The notes beneath the pieces were generated by a model. It had not been told where the DNA came from, made no database searches, and saw only the letters and a program-made list of their open reading frames with translations. Below are positions 37,995-50,900 of a stretch of DNA of 64,000 bases, one piece after another (position 1 is the first letter of the stretch; each line of letters begins with the position of its first letter). The translations under genes and the position numbers were made by a program. The DNA is from Macrostomum lignano. Taxonomy: Eukaryota. The stretch lies in contig NIVC01000089.1 in assembly GCA_002269645.1 (NCBI GenBank), positions 372,001 to 436,000 on the forward strand. Direction: 5' to 3'.

Positions 37995-39684
37995 GACTGC
38001 TGCTGCTGCTGCATCTGCGATGAGCTATGAGGCTTCGGGCCTGACGCCCTCTTTTACTTCTGCTTCTTCTAAGAGTTTTGTAGCAGTCTTCCCCTTTTAG
38101 TCGAATTGCCTCTGGGGGTTCGGGTCTCGGTTCAGCTGGAAGAGTAGCGCCTGCGCAGTTTTGGCCGCTGGCCAGCAGCAGAGTCGGCGCCAGCAAACAC
38201 AGGGTTTGGGGGCGGCTGGAAACACTGCAGCAGCAGCTCTGCCGGAGTTGCAGTCGGAGGGGGTCGCAGCGGCCGGCCGGAGTGTGGAAACTGGCCGCGC
38301 GCACGGCTAGGGGTCGCGGGTATACATAGGGGATAGGGGATAAGGGCCGACCGAGAGAAGTGCAGATCGGCTGGAGTGGGGGAGGTTGGCCGGCCAGTCA
38401 GAGAACGGGATACGGCCGTTCCAGCCTCCTACCTCATCTTCCTACTGAGCTCTTTCTCTCTCCCCTCCGCCAGTCTGCCTTCTCCTCCTCTAAGCTTAAG
38501 GCTGAGTCCAGCTCTCCCGCCCCTGCTCAGCATCCCTCTGTATCCGCGTCGCCCTGGAAGGGGAGGGGGAGGTTCAGGCAGATCCTCCTTGAGAATTCTG
38601 CGATCTGGTTCAAGGGGATGGATGACGAGGAAGTACAGTGGGAGCCCGTATTCCCTGCCTCCCCCCTCCGTCCCAGCCTCCTTCCCGCACTCCGCCCGCT
38701 CTCTGCGGCGGGATGAGCGCCGGGCATCTATTTTGCCTGAGCCGCCGGCGAGCCAAGCCAACTTATTGATCACACACGGCCGGCCAGACAGCGGCCGCCA
38801 GTCTCAGTTTCCACCGCCATCAGCGCCGCATCTCTGGTCCCGCATGCCAGGAGCCTTGTTGGTCGGCTGGGCCGGACGGTGGTCAGCAACAAGGAGAACC
38901 AGAGCCTCCCCCACACACAGCTCAACTGCCCCAGTCTCCGGTCGCTGCCGGTCACTGCGGTGCACTTTAATACACTCCTGCAGGGTCCCGGCCATATGCA
39001 TAGGCGGCGGCGGGGAGCGGGCAGATAAATAAATAATCAGCGCGCGGAGATCCCAAAAAGATGAACCCGCCGCCTCCCCCCTCACCCCCGGCCCGCGGCC
39101 CCTCATTTGGTGTGGCATCTCTGGGGAATCTCGGCGAGCTCATTTTCAGTGCATAAATTTCACCGCCTTCGCAAACCGCCTCTTCTTCTGGGAGCTCCTG
39201 CTTCAGTTTGCTTACTTACCTACTTAATGCGCACAATAGTTTATAAATTAAAAAATCATTCAATCGAATAAGTTGATAGACTTTGATTTCGGAGAAAATC
39301 ACACTACCGGAGACTTTCAACAGGCAGAGCGAAAGCTCTGTTTATCTTCTTTTAAAGTACAAGCAGGCCTTTTTTGAACACAGATTTTTAGAAACGAACG
39401 TTGTGTATGATACTAGATAGGAGCAATGCACAAGGACTGCATGCGGAATTAACCATATGCACAGGCAGATGCATCTTACTGTTGTCAAACATTGACCTGG
39501 AAAAGCCAGAAAAGTCAGGAAGTCAAATGGCCTACTGGCAGTAGTACGAAAAATGTGCGTGTTCGCTCAAGCTTGACTAATTTTCAAGATGTTGCCTCCA
39601 GCGCACCTCGACACAAGCCTTCCTCTTGCCATGTAGAGTCAAAGCTACTTTTAGAGGCAATTCTCTTCTCAACCAAAGTTAAGG

Positions 39685-40340
39685 GGCGATTCTCAATCTG
39701 ATTTCAGGGGCGATTCTCAATCTGATTTCAGGGGCGATTCTCAATCTGGTTTCAGGGGCGATTCTCAATCTGATTTCAGGAGCGATTCTCAAGCTGGCTT
39801 CAGGGGCGATTCTCAATCTGATTTGAGGGGTGATTCTCAATCTGATTTCAGGGGCGATTCTCAATCTGGTTTCAGGGGCGATTTTCAATCTGATTTCAGG
39901 AGCGATTCTCAAGCTGGCTTCAGGGGCGATTCTCAATCTGATTTCAGGGGCGATTCTCAGGTTGGTTTCAGGGGCGATTCTCAAGCTGGTTTCAAGGGCG
40001 ATTCTCAATCTAGTGTCAGGGGCGATTTTCAAGCTGGCTTTAGGGGCGATTCTCCAGCTAATTTCAGGGGCGATTTATCAGACTGATTTCAGGGGCGATT
40101 TTCAAGCTGGTTTCAGGGGCGATTCTCAATCTGATTTCAGGGGCGATTTTCAAGCTGGTTTCAGGGGCGATTCTCAATCTGATTTCAGGGGCGATTCTCA
40201 AGCTGGTTTCAGGGGCGATTCTCAGGTTTGTATGCAGGGGCGATTCTCAAGCTGGTTTTAGGGGCGATTTTCAGGTTGGTTTCAGGGGCGATTCTCAGGC
40301 TGGTTTCAGGGGCGATTCTCAGGCTGGTTTCAGGGGCGAT
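39685..40340. repeat. 24-bp minisatellite (TTTCAGGGGCGATTCTCAATCTGA)n
   Basis: Upstream of RIM. Confidence 0.95.
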
Positions 40341-41254
40341 TCTCAGACTGATTTCAGGGGCACACCTAAGGACACCTAAAACTGCCTTTTAGGGTTGGCA
40401 TCCCAGTTGATACTGAATCCACATCAATTTGCCTACCTGCAGAGTTGGCCAGCCAGGTGTGGAACCTCAGAATCCATGCATGGACTGGACAGCGGATCAA
40501 GGGTGTTGGACATCAAAAGCAATTGCAGAGGCGCAGGTCACAAAGCAGCGCGAACTCAGCTCATGTATTTAATACTGGCAGCCCTGCAGAACTTGTCCCC
40601 TGCCGCCGCTTGGCGCTCATTCGATGGCAGCAGACCGAGATTCGCCCACGAAACAAACAGGCCAGGGGATTGCGGAAATGCGGGCGGAAGTGCCGCAGTC
40701 CAGCCGGGCAGAGGGGCGAGAGGGTGGAGGCTGAGAGACAGGCAGGCCGCTCCGCCATTGGCCGGGAAACGGGCAATTCTTAAGGAAGAACACAGAAAGA
40801 AAGGAACAAAATAAGCCGAAAGCTACGTTTCTTGGCGAGGAAGATTTGAAGCGGAAGAAAAAGAGAGAGAGGGACAGGCGCACACAGAAGCAGAAGACAC
40901 GCAGGGCGGATCGCACTAGCTGCGGGAGAAGGCGTTATCCCAAATGCTTTATGCCATATCCCAATGCCAAAGGACTCAGTCAGTCCGGTCGCAGCTGGGT
41001 TTCGCTACAGAAACGCTCAGATGAGGCAGGCGACTCAATCCATTTGGCATTGCCTTTGCGCGGAGCAGCCGCAGAGACATTTAGAAGTCTGGAGATTATC
41101 TTTCTGCAACACCGCAAAGCCGTACAACTGCGGGCGCAGGGGCTCAAAAATCAATTCTATTTTTTCTAATGCATGAATCCCAAAGACAAAAAGGACACGC
41201 GCGTCGGCTGAGTGTTCCGCACTGTTTATGCTTGGCATTGCGATGATTTTACTG

Positions 41255-42250
41255 GTTTTGGGGCGATTCTCGGGCTGGTTTTGGGGGCGATTCTCGGGCT
41301 GGTTTTAGGGGCGATTCTCGGGCTGGTTTTGGGAAGATTCTCGGGCTGGTTTTGGGACGATTCTCGGGCTGGTTTTGGGACGATTCTCGGGCTGGTTTTG
41401 GGAAGATTCTCGGGCTGGTTTTGGGACGATTCTCGGGCTAGTATGGGGGCGATTCTCGGGCTGGTTTTGGGACGATTCTCGGGCTGGTTTTGGGGCGATT
41501 CTAGGGCTAGTATGGGGGCGATTCTCGGGCTGGTTTTGGGGTGATTCTCGGGCTGGTTTTGGGGCGATTCTCGGGCTGGTTTTGGGGCGATTCTAGGGCT
41601 AGTATGGGGGCGATTCTCGGGCTGGTTTTGGGGCGATTCTCGGGCTGGTTTTGGGACGATTCTCGGGCTGGTTTTGGGGCGATTCTCGGGCTGGTTTTGG
41701 AACGATTCTCGGGCTAGTATGGGGGCGATTCTCGGGCTGGTTTTGGGGCGATTCTCGGGCTGGTTTTGGGGTGATTCTCGGGCTGGTTTTGCGACGATTC
41801 TCGGGCTGGTTTTGGGGCGATTCTCGGGCTGGTTTTGGGGCGATTCTCGGGCTGGTTTTGGGGCGATTCTCGGGCTGGTTATGGGACGATTCTAGGGCTG
41901 GTTGTGGGGCGATTCTCGAGCTGGTTTTGGGGCGATTCTCGGGCTGGTTTTGGGGCGATTATTACAGGTCTGAGGGGCGATTTTTCTGCTGGTTTTGGGG
42001 CGATTCTCGGGCTGGTTTTTGGGGGCGATTCTCGGGCTAGTATGGGGGCAATTCTCTGGCTGGTTTTGGGGCGATTCTTGGGCTTGTATGGGGGCGATTC
42101 TCGGGCTGGTTTTGGGGCGATTATTACAGGTCTGAGGGGCGATTTTTCTGCTGGTTTTGGGGCGATTATTACAGGTCTGATGGGCGATTTTTCTGCTGGT
42201 TTTGGGGCGATTATTACAGGTCTGAGGGGCGATTTTTCTGCTGGTTTCGG
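41255..42250. repeat. 23-bp minisatellite (TTTTGGGGCGATTCTCGGGCTGG)n
   Basis: Shares the GGGGCGATTCTC core with 39685-40340. Confidence 0.95.
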
Positions 42251-43184
42251 GGTGACTCTTAGGCTAATATGGGGGAGATATATTTCCAGACTCCTAGTTC
42301 TCCAGAGCTCCATGGTCGGGTGCTGACTGTCGTGAGTGAGCAGCGCCGCCCAGCAGCATGGAACGAGGGACTCAAAGGCCCCTCTACTATAGAGTAGCAA
42401 ATTAAACAAGAATGCTGCAGGTGCAAGTCCCAGAGGTGTAGAATGCTCGCCATGCGGAGCTGCTGACTCTCTCTTTCTCGGCCTCTCTCCCGCCCTAATT
42501 ATCGCGTTATACCTGAACACGCCACCCAGCCAGAGGTATAATTAATTATCACTGATTCACTCCCTCGCCTCTCTTCAGCCTTCACCAGGCGGCAAGGCAA
42601 ATATTACTAGAGGATAGGCAGGAACCAAGATTTCAGCACAAAAATTAACAGACCACCAGACCATCAAGACCACTTCGCAACCGCATGGCCACCACACGCA
42701 TGCACTCGCTACTCACCATGGGAAAAGAAACCAGTATAAACAAATACGAAGCCAGTAAAGTTGCCAGTGAAAAGACGCGCTCAGCCATTTATTATGGTCC
42801 TCGCGAGGACTTCCGACACCCGAAAATCGAAAATGGAAATGAGAAAAAATACAATAAATTTACTGAGAAACACTAATTTAGTTCAGTGATTGCGAAAGTA
42901 GTATACGCGGCGCATGCGATAAAGAAAAACAAAAAAGTGATAAAAAGATACGAAAAAACTCGAACAGCTCTGAATAAACAAAAATATTAAACTGAAAATG
43001 AGCAACGAAAACTATCGAATTTGCAGAGCTTTGATTAAATATTTACAATTAGTTAAACTTGGGTAGGGCAAAAATAGCTCTTGTCAGTAGGGGGATGGAT
43101 TTATCTACGGACCGGATATGACGCAAATGACGCGACTAACGTTTTTGTAGTCCAAACAGTTTCGCCCCCCCCCACTCAGTCACT

Positions 43185-44122
43185 AAATCCTCCAACTCAG
43201 TCACTAATCCCAAAAATCAGTCACTAATCCAACAACTCTGAAGTCACTAAATCCCTCACTCAGTCACTAATCCCCGAACTCAGTCACTAATCCTCCAACT
43301 CAGTCACTAATCCCCCAACTCAGTCACTAATCCTCCAACTCAGTCACTAATCCAACAACTCAGTCACTAATCACCCAACTCAGTCACTAATCACCCCACT
43401 CAGTTACTAGTCCCCCAACTCAGTCACTAATCCCCCAACTCAGTCACTAATCCTCCAACTCAGTCACTAATCCTCCAACTCAGTCACTAATCCTCCAACT
43501 CAGTCACTAATCACCCAACTCAGTCACTAATCACCCCACTCAGTTACTAGTCCCCCAACTCAGTCACTAATCACCCAACTCAGTCACTAATGCCACAAAT
43601 TAGTCACTAATCCTCCAACTCAGTCACTAATCCTCCAACTCAGTCACTAATCCCACAAATCAGTCACTAATCCCCCAACTCAGTCACTAATCCTCCAACT
43701 CAGTCACTAATCAACCTACTCAGTCACTAATCCCCCAACTCAGTCACTAATCCCACAAATCAGTCACTAATCCCCCAACTCAGTCACTAATCTCCCAACT
43801 CAGTCACTAATCCCACAAATCAGTCACTAATCCCCCAACTCATTCACTAATTCTGCAAATCAGTCACTAATCCTCCAACTCATTCACTAATTCTCCAACT
43901 CAGTCACTAATCCTCCAACTCAGTCACTAATCCTCCAACTCAGTCACTAATCTCCCAACTCAGTCACTAATCACCCAACTCAGTCACTAATCCTCCAACT
44001 CAGTCACTAATCTCCCAACTCAGTCACTAATCACCCAACTCAGTCACTAATCTCCCAACTCAGTCACTAATCACCCAACTCAGTCACTAATCTCCCAACT
44101 CAGTCACTAATCCCCCAACTCA
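43185..44122. repeat. 20-bp minisatellite (CAGTCACTAATCCTCCAACT)n
   Basis: Starts ~25 bp past the PINK1 stop codon. Confidence 0.95.
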
Positions 44123-44145
44123 GTCAACAACGCCAGTTTGCCGGC

Positions 44146-46629
44146 CTAAACTCCGGGCAGCAGCAGCAGCGGACGCAACCAGGGCAGCGGCAGGGCGGCA
44201 GCCATCGCCATCAGCTCCTCCGGTGTCCAGCGCCCGAAATTCCAACGCCGCCACTGCCGGCGCCGTTCCTCGCCTAGCAGACGCCGCAACGCCCTGGCGA
44301 CCCAATCGGTGGTGGGCCGGCCAGCCGGATCCTCGGCCAGCGCCAGACAGCGCAGCAGACGATCAGCGCGCGGCCCCAGCCGGCCGGCCAGGCTGGGCAG
44401 GTCCTCCGGCCGGTAGGGCTGGCGCGAGCTGCGGCCGCCTCGCAGGAACGGATTGGCCAGGCCGAGCAGCTCCCAGGCCAGGCTGGCCACGGCCCACAGG
44501 TCCGACCGGCTGTAGTCTATGGCCGAACCCGGGCCGGGCCGAGCTCTGGCCACCTCGGGCGGCACCAGGTGCGAATTGCCCCAAGCGACGACGCTGCTGT
44601 GCGGCAGCGGCATCGTCAGCGGCGAGACGGCGGCGCCGAAGTCGATCAGCACGAGTCGGCGACGGTTTGGGCAGGCACCGCGGACGGCTACGTTGCTGGA
44701 CTTGATGTCGCGATGGGCGACGCCAACGGACGGATCTTTCAGGTAGGCGTCGGCCTCGCACAGCTGGGCGAGCAGCTGTAGCGACTCGGCCGGACTGACC
44801 GGGCCGCCTGCGGCTAGCAGATCCGACAGGCTGCCCTCGTACAGCGGCATCACCATGTAGTAGGTGGTGTTCCTGCCGAAGCCGTCGGGGTGCCGCGAGC
44901 TGCGAGAGGTGTGAGAGGATGATTGGCGGCTGTTTAACACCCTGTATGATCATGAAGCGACCCGCAGAAAATGCTCACCTGGGCAGGTAGGCCGGCACCT
45001 CGGTCCAGTCGCCAGCCACCGGTTCGAACTCGGCCGCGAAGCCGGCCAGCGCCTTGGCCAGGCCCGGATGCGACAGCCGTTTCAGCAGGCGCAGCTCAAA
45101 GTCGAACTCGCGCTCCAAGCTGGCGAAGGCGGCCGACTCGACACTCGGATTGAAGTAGCGCTTCACGGCCAGCTGGGCGGAGCCTCCGGCCGCCGGGACG
45201 GCCTCCAGGACACCGCTGTAGCCACCGCGGCCGATCAGGCGGAGCAGGCGGAGGTCGCCGAGACCGGCTGGCCGAGGGAGCGACCGGTCGGCTGCCTCCC
45301 AGGCGCGGTCGCGCGCTGCTTCAATGCCGCAGCGCTGCTGTTGCTGCTGCTGTTGCTGCAAGACAAAAATAAAAGTATAATAATTTAGTATATGTAGACT
45401 AGCGCACTCGCCCCCCGCCTAGGGCAATTTTAATAAGCTGGGACTTCACAATAGCAATCCGGTCCGCTCAAGGCTTGTGTCTCTTCTCAGCTCTCGTCTA
45501 TCTAATAATCTCTTCTCCTTTCTCTCCTCTCCCCCCTCCTTTCCTATTTCGTCTCTTATCTCTTCTGCTTTTTCCCTCGCCTCGCCATTATTTTTTCTTC
45601 TATCTTCTCTAACCCTCTGACCATCTCCTATCTCCCCTCCTGCGCAGTCAGGCACTAGATTCTCTCTCTGGCCCTTAAAGTAAGAAAGTTTTCCAATCTC
45701 TGCACTGTGGTAAGGACACAATAAATTGGACACCAAGGAGATTTTAAAACATTTACTGTGTCTACTCAACACAGGCTCCAACATACAATACATTGAGGCA
45801 GGCACTAGAACATATTTAGTCAGGGGTACAAAGAGACAAACACAGACGAAACGACAGAAGTGATAGAAAATCGACATACACAATCAATCCACCCACTTTA
45901 TCTATTACTGTAGAGTATGGAGAAATTAATTGCTCGTAGCATAGTTGGATAATACAAACATAATACGCTATACTAGGAATTTCTAGGAATTGCTTTAAAG
46001 CGCTGACTGACGAATGTGTTTGGCTTAATTCTCCAAGTAAGCACTGGCCTAAACCCGTAGGAGGGTCACCTTCTCACCTTCTCCGTAGGAGAGCCTTCTA
46101 ACCCAGATTTCAGCTTTAGAGGTCCCTGCGGCTGTCGCCCCGCTGACCCCAGGCCACGCACACGGATAAGTACGCAGACACGCTCTCACATAGTGTACAG
46201 CGGCCTTTCAATCGCCAGGAATGTACACTCTCTCCGCTTTGCACTCAGCGTTCAACTCACCTGGAAGGTGACAACGGCACTCATTGAAGAGTCGGCTACC
46301 AGGCCGAGGCCTAAAGACAGTGCGGCCAAGGGTATCAGCCGCCTGCCGCCGCCGACGCCGCCAACGAAACGCCGTCGGGACACCGACAGCAGGAGTCTCT
46401 CCGCGCTAGACAAAGCCGGGTTCCTTCTGCCAATGCTGCTATTATAGTTGCCATGACGACTATGCGTGGTTAGCAATGGTCGATTCGCCTGTCGCAAGTG
46501 GTCGGCCGCGTTGCTAAGCAACCGGGACCATAGGGCGCGAGGCTGACGGAGCAGCAGCTGCTTCAGGGGCGGCAGCCGCTTGGCGCCAACAGCCAGTCGC
46601 TTGGCTAGCACCAGCGCCTTGGTGGCCAT
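44146..46629 (-). CDS. PINK1: PINK1-family mitochondrial Ser/Thr kinase, divergent, ~499 aa
   Basis: Exons 46629-46261, 45355-44979, 44899-44146 total 1500 nt. Arg/Leu-rich presequence, LAALSLGLGLV TM-like segment, IGRGGYSGV, AVK, insert-3-like LPSSRHPDGFGRNTTYYMVM, HRDIKSSN, DFG, GNSHLVPPEV, ARPGPGSAIDYSRSDLWAV...LGLANPF. Confidence 0.88.
45420..45702. mobile_element. Degenerate copy of the same hAT-like MITE in PINK1 intron 1
   Basis: Shares CTTCACAATAGCAATCCGG-CCGCTCAA and CTGGCCCTT...AAAGTTTTCC with 55013-55261; the ends are decayed. Confidence 0.55.
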
Positions 46630-46794
46630 GGATCACCAATGCTAATAACAATATCTTTGGTTTACAACTGCAGTCTCGTAGTGCTGTGCGCTAAATATTT
46701 ACTTAGCTTTCCGCATGAATTCAGAAACCAACTGCTGAAATCTAAATTTATTCCTCTTATTTCTAGCGTCTTCTCTGCTTTCTAACCAACCCCC

Positions 46795-47220
46795 TAACCC
46801 CACCCTGTCTTTCCCACCCATAACCCCACCCTGTCTTTCCCACCCATAACCCCACCCTGTCTTTCCCACCCCCTAACCCGACCCTGTCTTTCCCACCCCC
46901 TAACCCGACCCTGTCTTTCCCACCCCCTAACCCGACCCTGTCTTTCCCACCCCTAACCCCACCCTGTCTTTCCCACCCCCTAACCCCACCGTCTTTCCCC
47001 CCCTAACCCCACCCTGTCTTTCCCACCCCCTAACCCCACCCTGTCTTTCCCACCCCCTAACCCCACCGTCTTTCCCCCCCCCTAACCCGACCCTGTCTTT
47101 CCCACCCCCTAACCCCACCCTGTCTTTCCCACCCCCTAACCCCACCGTCTTTCCCCCCCTAACCCCACTCTGTCTTTCCCACCCCCTAACCCCACCCTGT
47201 CTTTCCCACCCCCTAACCCC
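46795..47220. repeat. 26-27 bp C-rich minisatellite (CCCCTAACCCCACCCTGTCTTTCCCA)n
   Basis: Between gene A and PINK1. Confidence 0.95.
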
Positions 47221-47917
47221 ACTACAAAAATCTGTATAATAACTGGATAATGAAAAAATATGAAACTCGAACTGCATCATTAAAATTATGACTGGGAGAC
47301 GTAAGATGAATTGATTGATATTTGATAGTTAAATTGTGAAAAATAAAAAAAGATAAAAACTATTGAAGAAATTATTAGGGCAATTAGAAATATGATTGAG
47401 GGCAAACGAGTTTTAGAATCGGCGCTATGATCAATTAACTGTTACATAATGAAAATTAACAAGATCGTTAATATCAAACGAAGCAGGTATAACTGCCATT
47501 TTAGTAATTAGATCAGAATCAACCTTTTACGCAAAAGCGTCTTAATTCCTCACAAGAACTCGAAGTGAAAAACCATAAGGCGATGGGCCCACAATAGATA
47601 GAAAGTTGAGGCAGTTGCAGAAAAGCAAAAACCAAACGCCTTACTTCGAGTATTGAAGAATTGAAAACATTTTAAAACACACAAAAACACCCGGAATCCG
47701 TATGAAATATGAAGAATTTTAGCTGAAGAAAATAACAAAAAATTAAAAATTAAACAAGACAGTAAAATTCAGAATTAAACAGGCTATTAGAGAGGCTAAA
47801 CGATTTTTTTAAAAAGAGCCTTTGAAAAACTGAAAAACATCATAGTCAGTCCGTCATGACCATTACTAATTGGAGAATTCTATTTATTAACCATGCCAAA
47901 GGCGTATAGCTCTGCGC

Positions 47918-50900
47918 TCACAGGCTGAGCACGCAGACGCCGCGAGAGTCGCCAACAGCGAACTCCTGCGTGTTCATGTAGCAGCTGTCCGTCACCAACC
48001 AGCTCGCCGCCTCCGCCTGGCAGGACCAGCGAAGGCCCGCCGTCTCAGCCCCGGCGGGGACTGCCTTGTCCGGCTTGTCGAATGCGCGGCCTGCGGGCGG
48101 GGACGAGAAGGGTAAAGAGAGTGGGGAGGGTAAATAGAGTGAGGAGGGTGAATAGGGTGAGGAGGGTGAATAGGATGAGGAGGGTAAAGAGGGTGAGGAG
48201 GGTAAAGAGGGTGGGGAGGGTAAATAGGGTGAGGAGGGTAAATATGGTGAGGAGGGTGAATAGGATGAGGAGGGTAAAGAGGGTGAGGAGGTTAAAGAGG
48301 GTGGGGAGGGTAAATAGAGTGAGGAGAGTGAATAGGGTGAGGAGGGTAAATAGGATGAGGAGGGTAAAGAGGGTGAGGAGGGTAAAGAGGGTGAGGAGGG
48401 TAAAGGGTGAGGAGGGTGAATAGGATGAGGAGGGTAAAGAGGGTGAGGAGGGTAAAGGGTGAGGAGGGTGAATAGGATGAGGAGGGTAAAGAGGGTGAGG
48501 AGGGTAAAGGGTGAGGAGGGTGAATAGGATGAGGAGGGTAAAGAGGGTGAGGAGGGTAAAGAGGGTGGGGAGGGTAAATAGAGTGAGGAGGGTGAATAGG
48601 GTGAGGAGGGTAAATAGGATGAGGAGGGTAAAGAGGGTGAGGAGGGTAAAAGGGTGAGGCGCACAGAATGTACACAGAATGCTCAGTTACGCATTTTGAG
48701 AGAATTTCTTGCCCAAAAACTACGGGTACATTCTAAACTAGCTACTGTGACAGTGAAGAAAAATTAAGTAGGCTGAACGGCACTTTAGTTTAAAGAAGGC
48801 AAAGAGGGTAGAAAATGAGAATGACAAGAAGTATAAGAAGCGAGGCGAATCAAGAGATAAACTCCAGAGTGCCTCACCAGCGGGAGTTCTGAGCACCCGT
48901 CCGACCCCGGCTGAGTCGGTCATAGCCAGCAGCAGGGTGGATCTGAACACAAGAGCTGACGGTGGACAGTCGGGCAGTGTGTCTAGCAGGGCCGGCCGGT
49001 TGCTCCAGCGGACGAGGCGGCTGCTGCTGCCGGCCAGCTCAAAGCGGAAGCGGTGGGCGGAGTAGCGGCCCGGACAGCCGGGCTCGCTGTCGATGACCAC
49101 CAGCCAGCGCTCAGCGAAGTTCCACGCCAGACGGACCGGCCCGTTCAGCCCGAGGCTGGCGTTCGTCTGCGTCAGCCGGAACTCCTCGGCGTTCGATGGC
49201 GATGTCGGTCTGGCCGTTGCACCGTCGGCTTCGGAATGTTCAGATCTGGTAAGCGATGGCAGCGACACGATGAAGATGCCGACGCTGGGGCAGGCGATGA
49301 AGAGCCATTCGCCTGTGCAGACGACGTCTTCAGGCTGGTGCAGAGAGAAGCTGGAGAGAACGGGTGGGGCGATGGTGAAGGGTGAAAGTACATGTATTTA
49401 ATGCGATGCTCAGTAAGGTGTTCAATGGGTGAGATGCTCAGTGAGGTTCTGAGTGAGATACTCGGTGAGGTTCTGAGTGAGATCCTCGGTGAGGTTCTGA
49501 GTGAGATGCTCAGTGAGATGGTCAGTGAGATGGTCAGTGAGGTGGTCAGTGAGATGGTCAGTGAGATGGTCAGTGAGATGGTCAGTGAGATGGTCAGTGA
49601 GATGGTCAGTGAGATGGTCAGTGAGATGCTCAGTGAGATGCTCAGTAGAATGCTAACTGAGTTGCTCAGTGATATGGTCAACAAGGTGCTCAGTGAGTTG
49701 CTCAGTGAGATGGTCAGTGAGGTGCTCAGTGAGATGGTCAGTGAGATGGTCAGTGAGATGGTCAGTGAGATGGTCAGTAGAATGCTAACTGAGTTGCTCA
49801 GTGAGATGGTCAACAAGGTGCTCAGTGAGTTGCTCAGTGAGGTGGTCAGTGAGATGGTCAGTGAGGTGGTCAGTGAGATGGTCGTGAGGTGGTCAGTGAG
49901 ATGGTCAGTGAGATGGTCAGTGAGATGGTCATGAGGTGGTCAGTGAGATGGTCAGTGAGGTGGTCAGTGAGATGGTCAGTGAGATGCTCAGTGAGATGGT
50001 CAGTGATATGGTCAGTGAGATGGTCAGTGAGATGGTCAGTGAGATGCTCAGTGAGATGGTCAGTGATATGGTCAGTGAGATGGTCAGTAAGATGGTCAGT
50101 AAGATGGTCAGTGAGATGGTCAGTGAGGTGCTCAGTGCTACACAACGCAGACAAGCGTCAGTCAGTCAGTGCGCACCGTTTAGTGACAGTCGGGCCAAAG
50201 CTGGCATCCACCGAGCCGTTGCTCTTGACGCAGAGCACTTTGCCGGCGCTGCGGTCCAGAATCAGCAGCCAGCCGCGCTGGTGACAGACTCGAACCCGGT
50301 GCGGCCGGGCCTCGCCGCCCATTCGCAGCGGCAGCGGGTACTTGAATCGGCCGCGACGGTCGTACACGCGAATCGCTACAGCGCCGCCGCCGCTGCCGCC
50401 CAGCTGCTCCAGCACAAAGAAGCTGCCGTGTAGAAAGGCAAGCGAAGCTGGTCGATTTCCAGTGTCGAAAGAATTTTTTGCGGCAACTGCCGGCCGATGC
50501 GAGTCGACGGAGGCAGCCAGCTCCAGACGGCCGATTGGCGGCTGATGCTGGGAGTGTTGGAACAAATCTCTGTCTTAATCCTGTTGCAGCGATACATTGC
50601 GTACCCTAAAGCTTCCAACCTATTTTGAATGTGTCTATCAACCAATCACGAGTGCTAACTTTATTTATACAGGCTTTAGCCCGTGTGAGTGAGCACGAGT
50701 AAGATATGTGGGGGCTGGCTGATTTAGGTAAGATTAACACAGATTAACACAGTATATGATCTTTGGTTAGACAATAATTTTAATGAATTTTTAAACTAAA
50801 GCCAAGGCTTATTTATTGGGCTCTTACTCCCCAGCTTAAACCCTCCAACCGCGCCTTTCTACACTACCCCCCACCCCGCCCCAATTTTTATTGCCTTTCT

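Noticed and set aside
39322-39343. GNRA-capped hairpin CAGAGC-GAAA-GCTCTG as a terminator or ncRNA
   Set aside because: A short isolated stem with no supporting structure; intrinsic terminators do not apply to this eukaryotic locus.
46447-46460. GTTGCCATGACGAC as an X-box
   Set aside because: Mismatched half-site, and it lies in PINK1 coding sequence.
46795-47220. CCCTAA-containing array as an interstitial telomere or fusion scar
   Set aside because: One CCCTAA per 26-27 bp unit with no (TTAGGG)n run.
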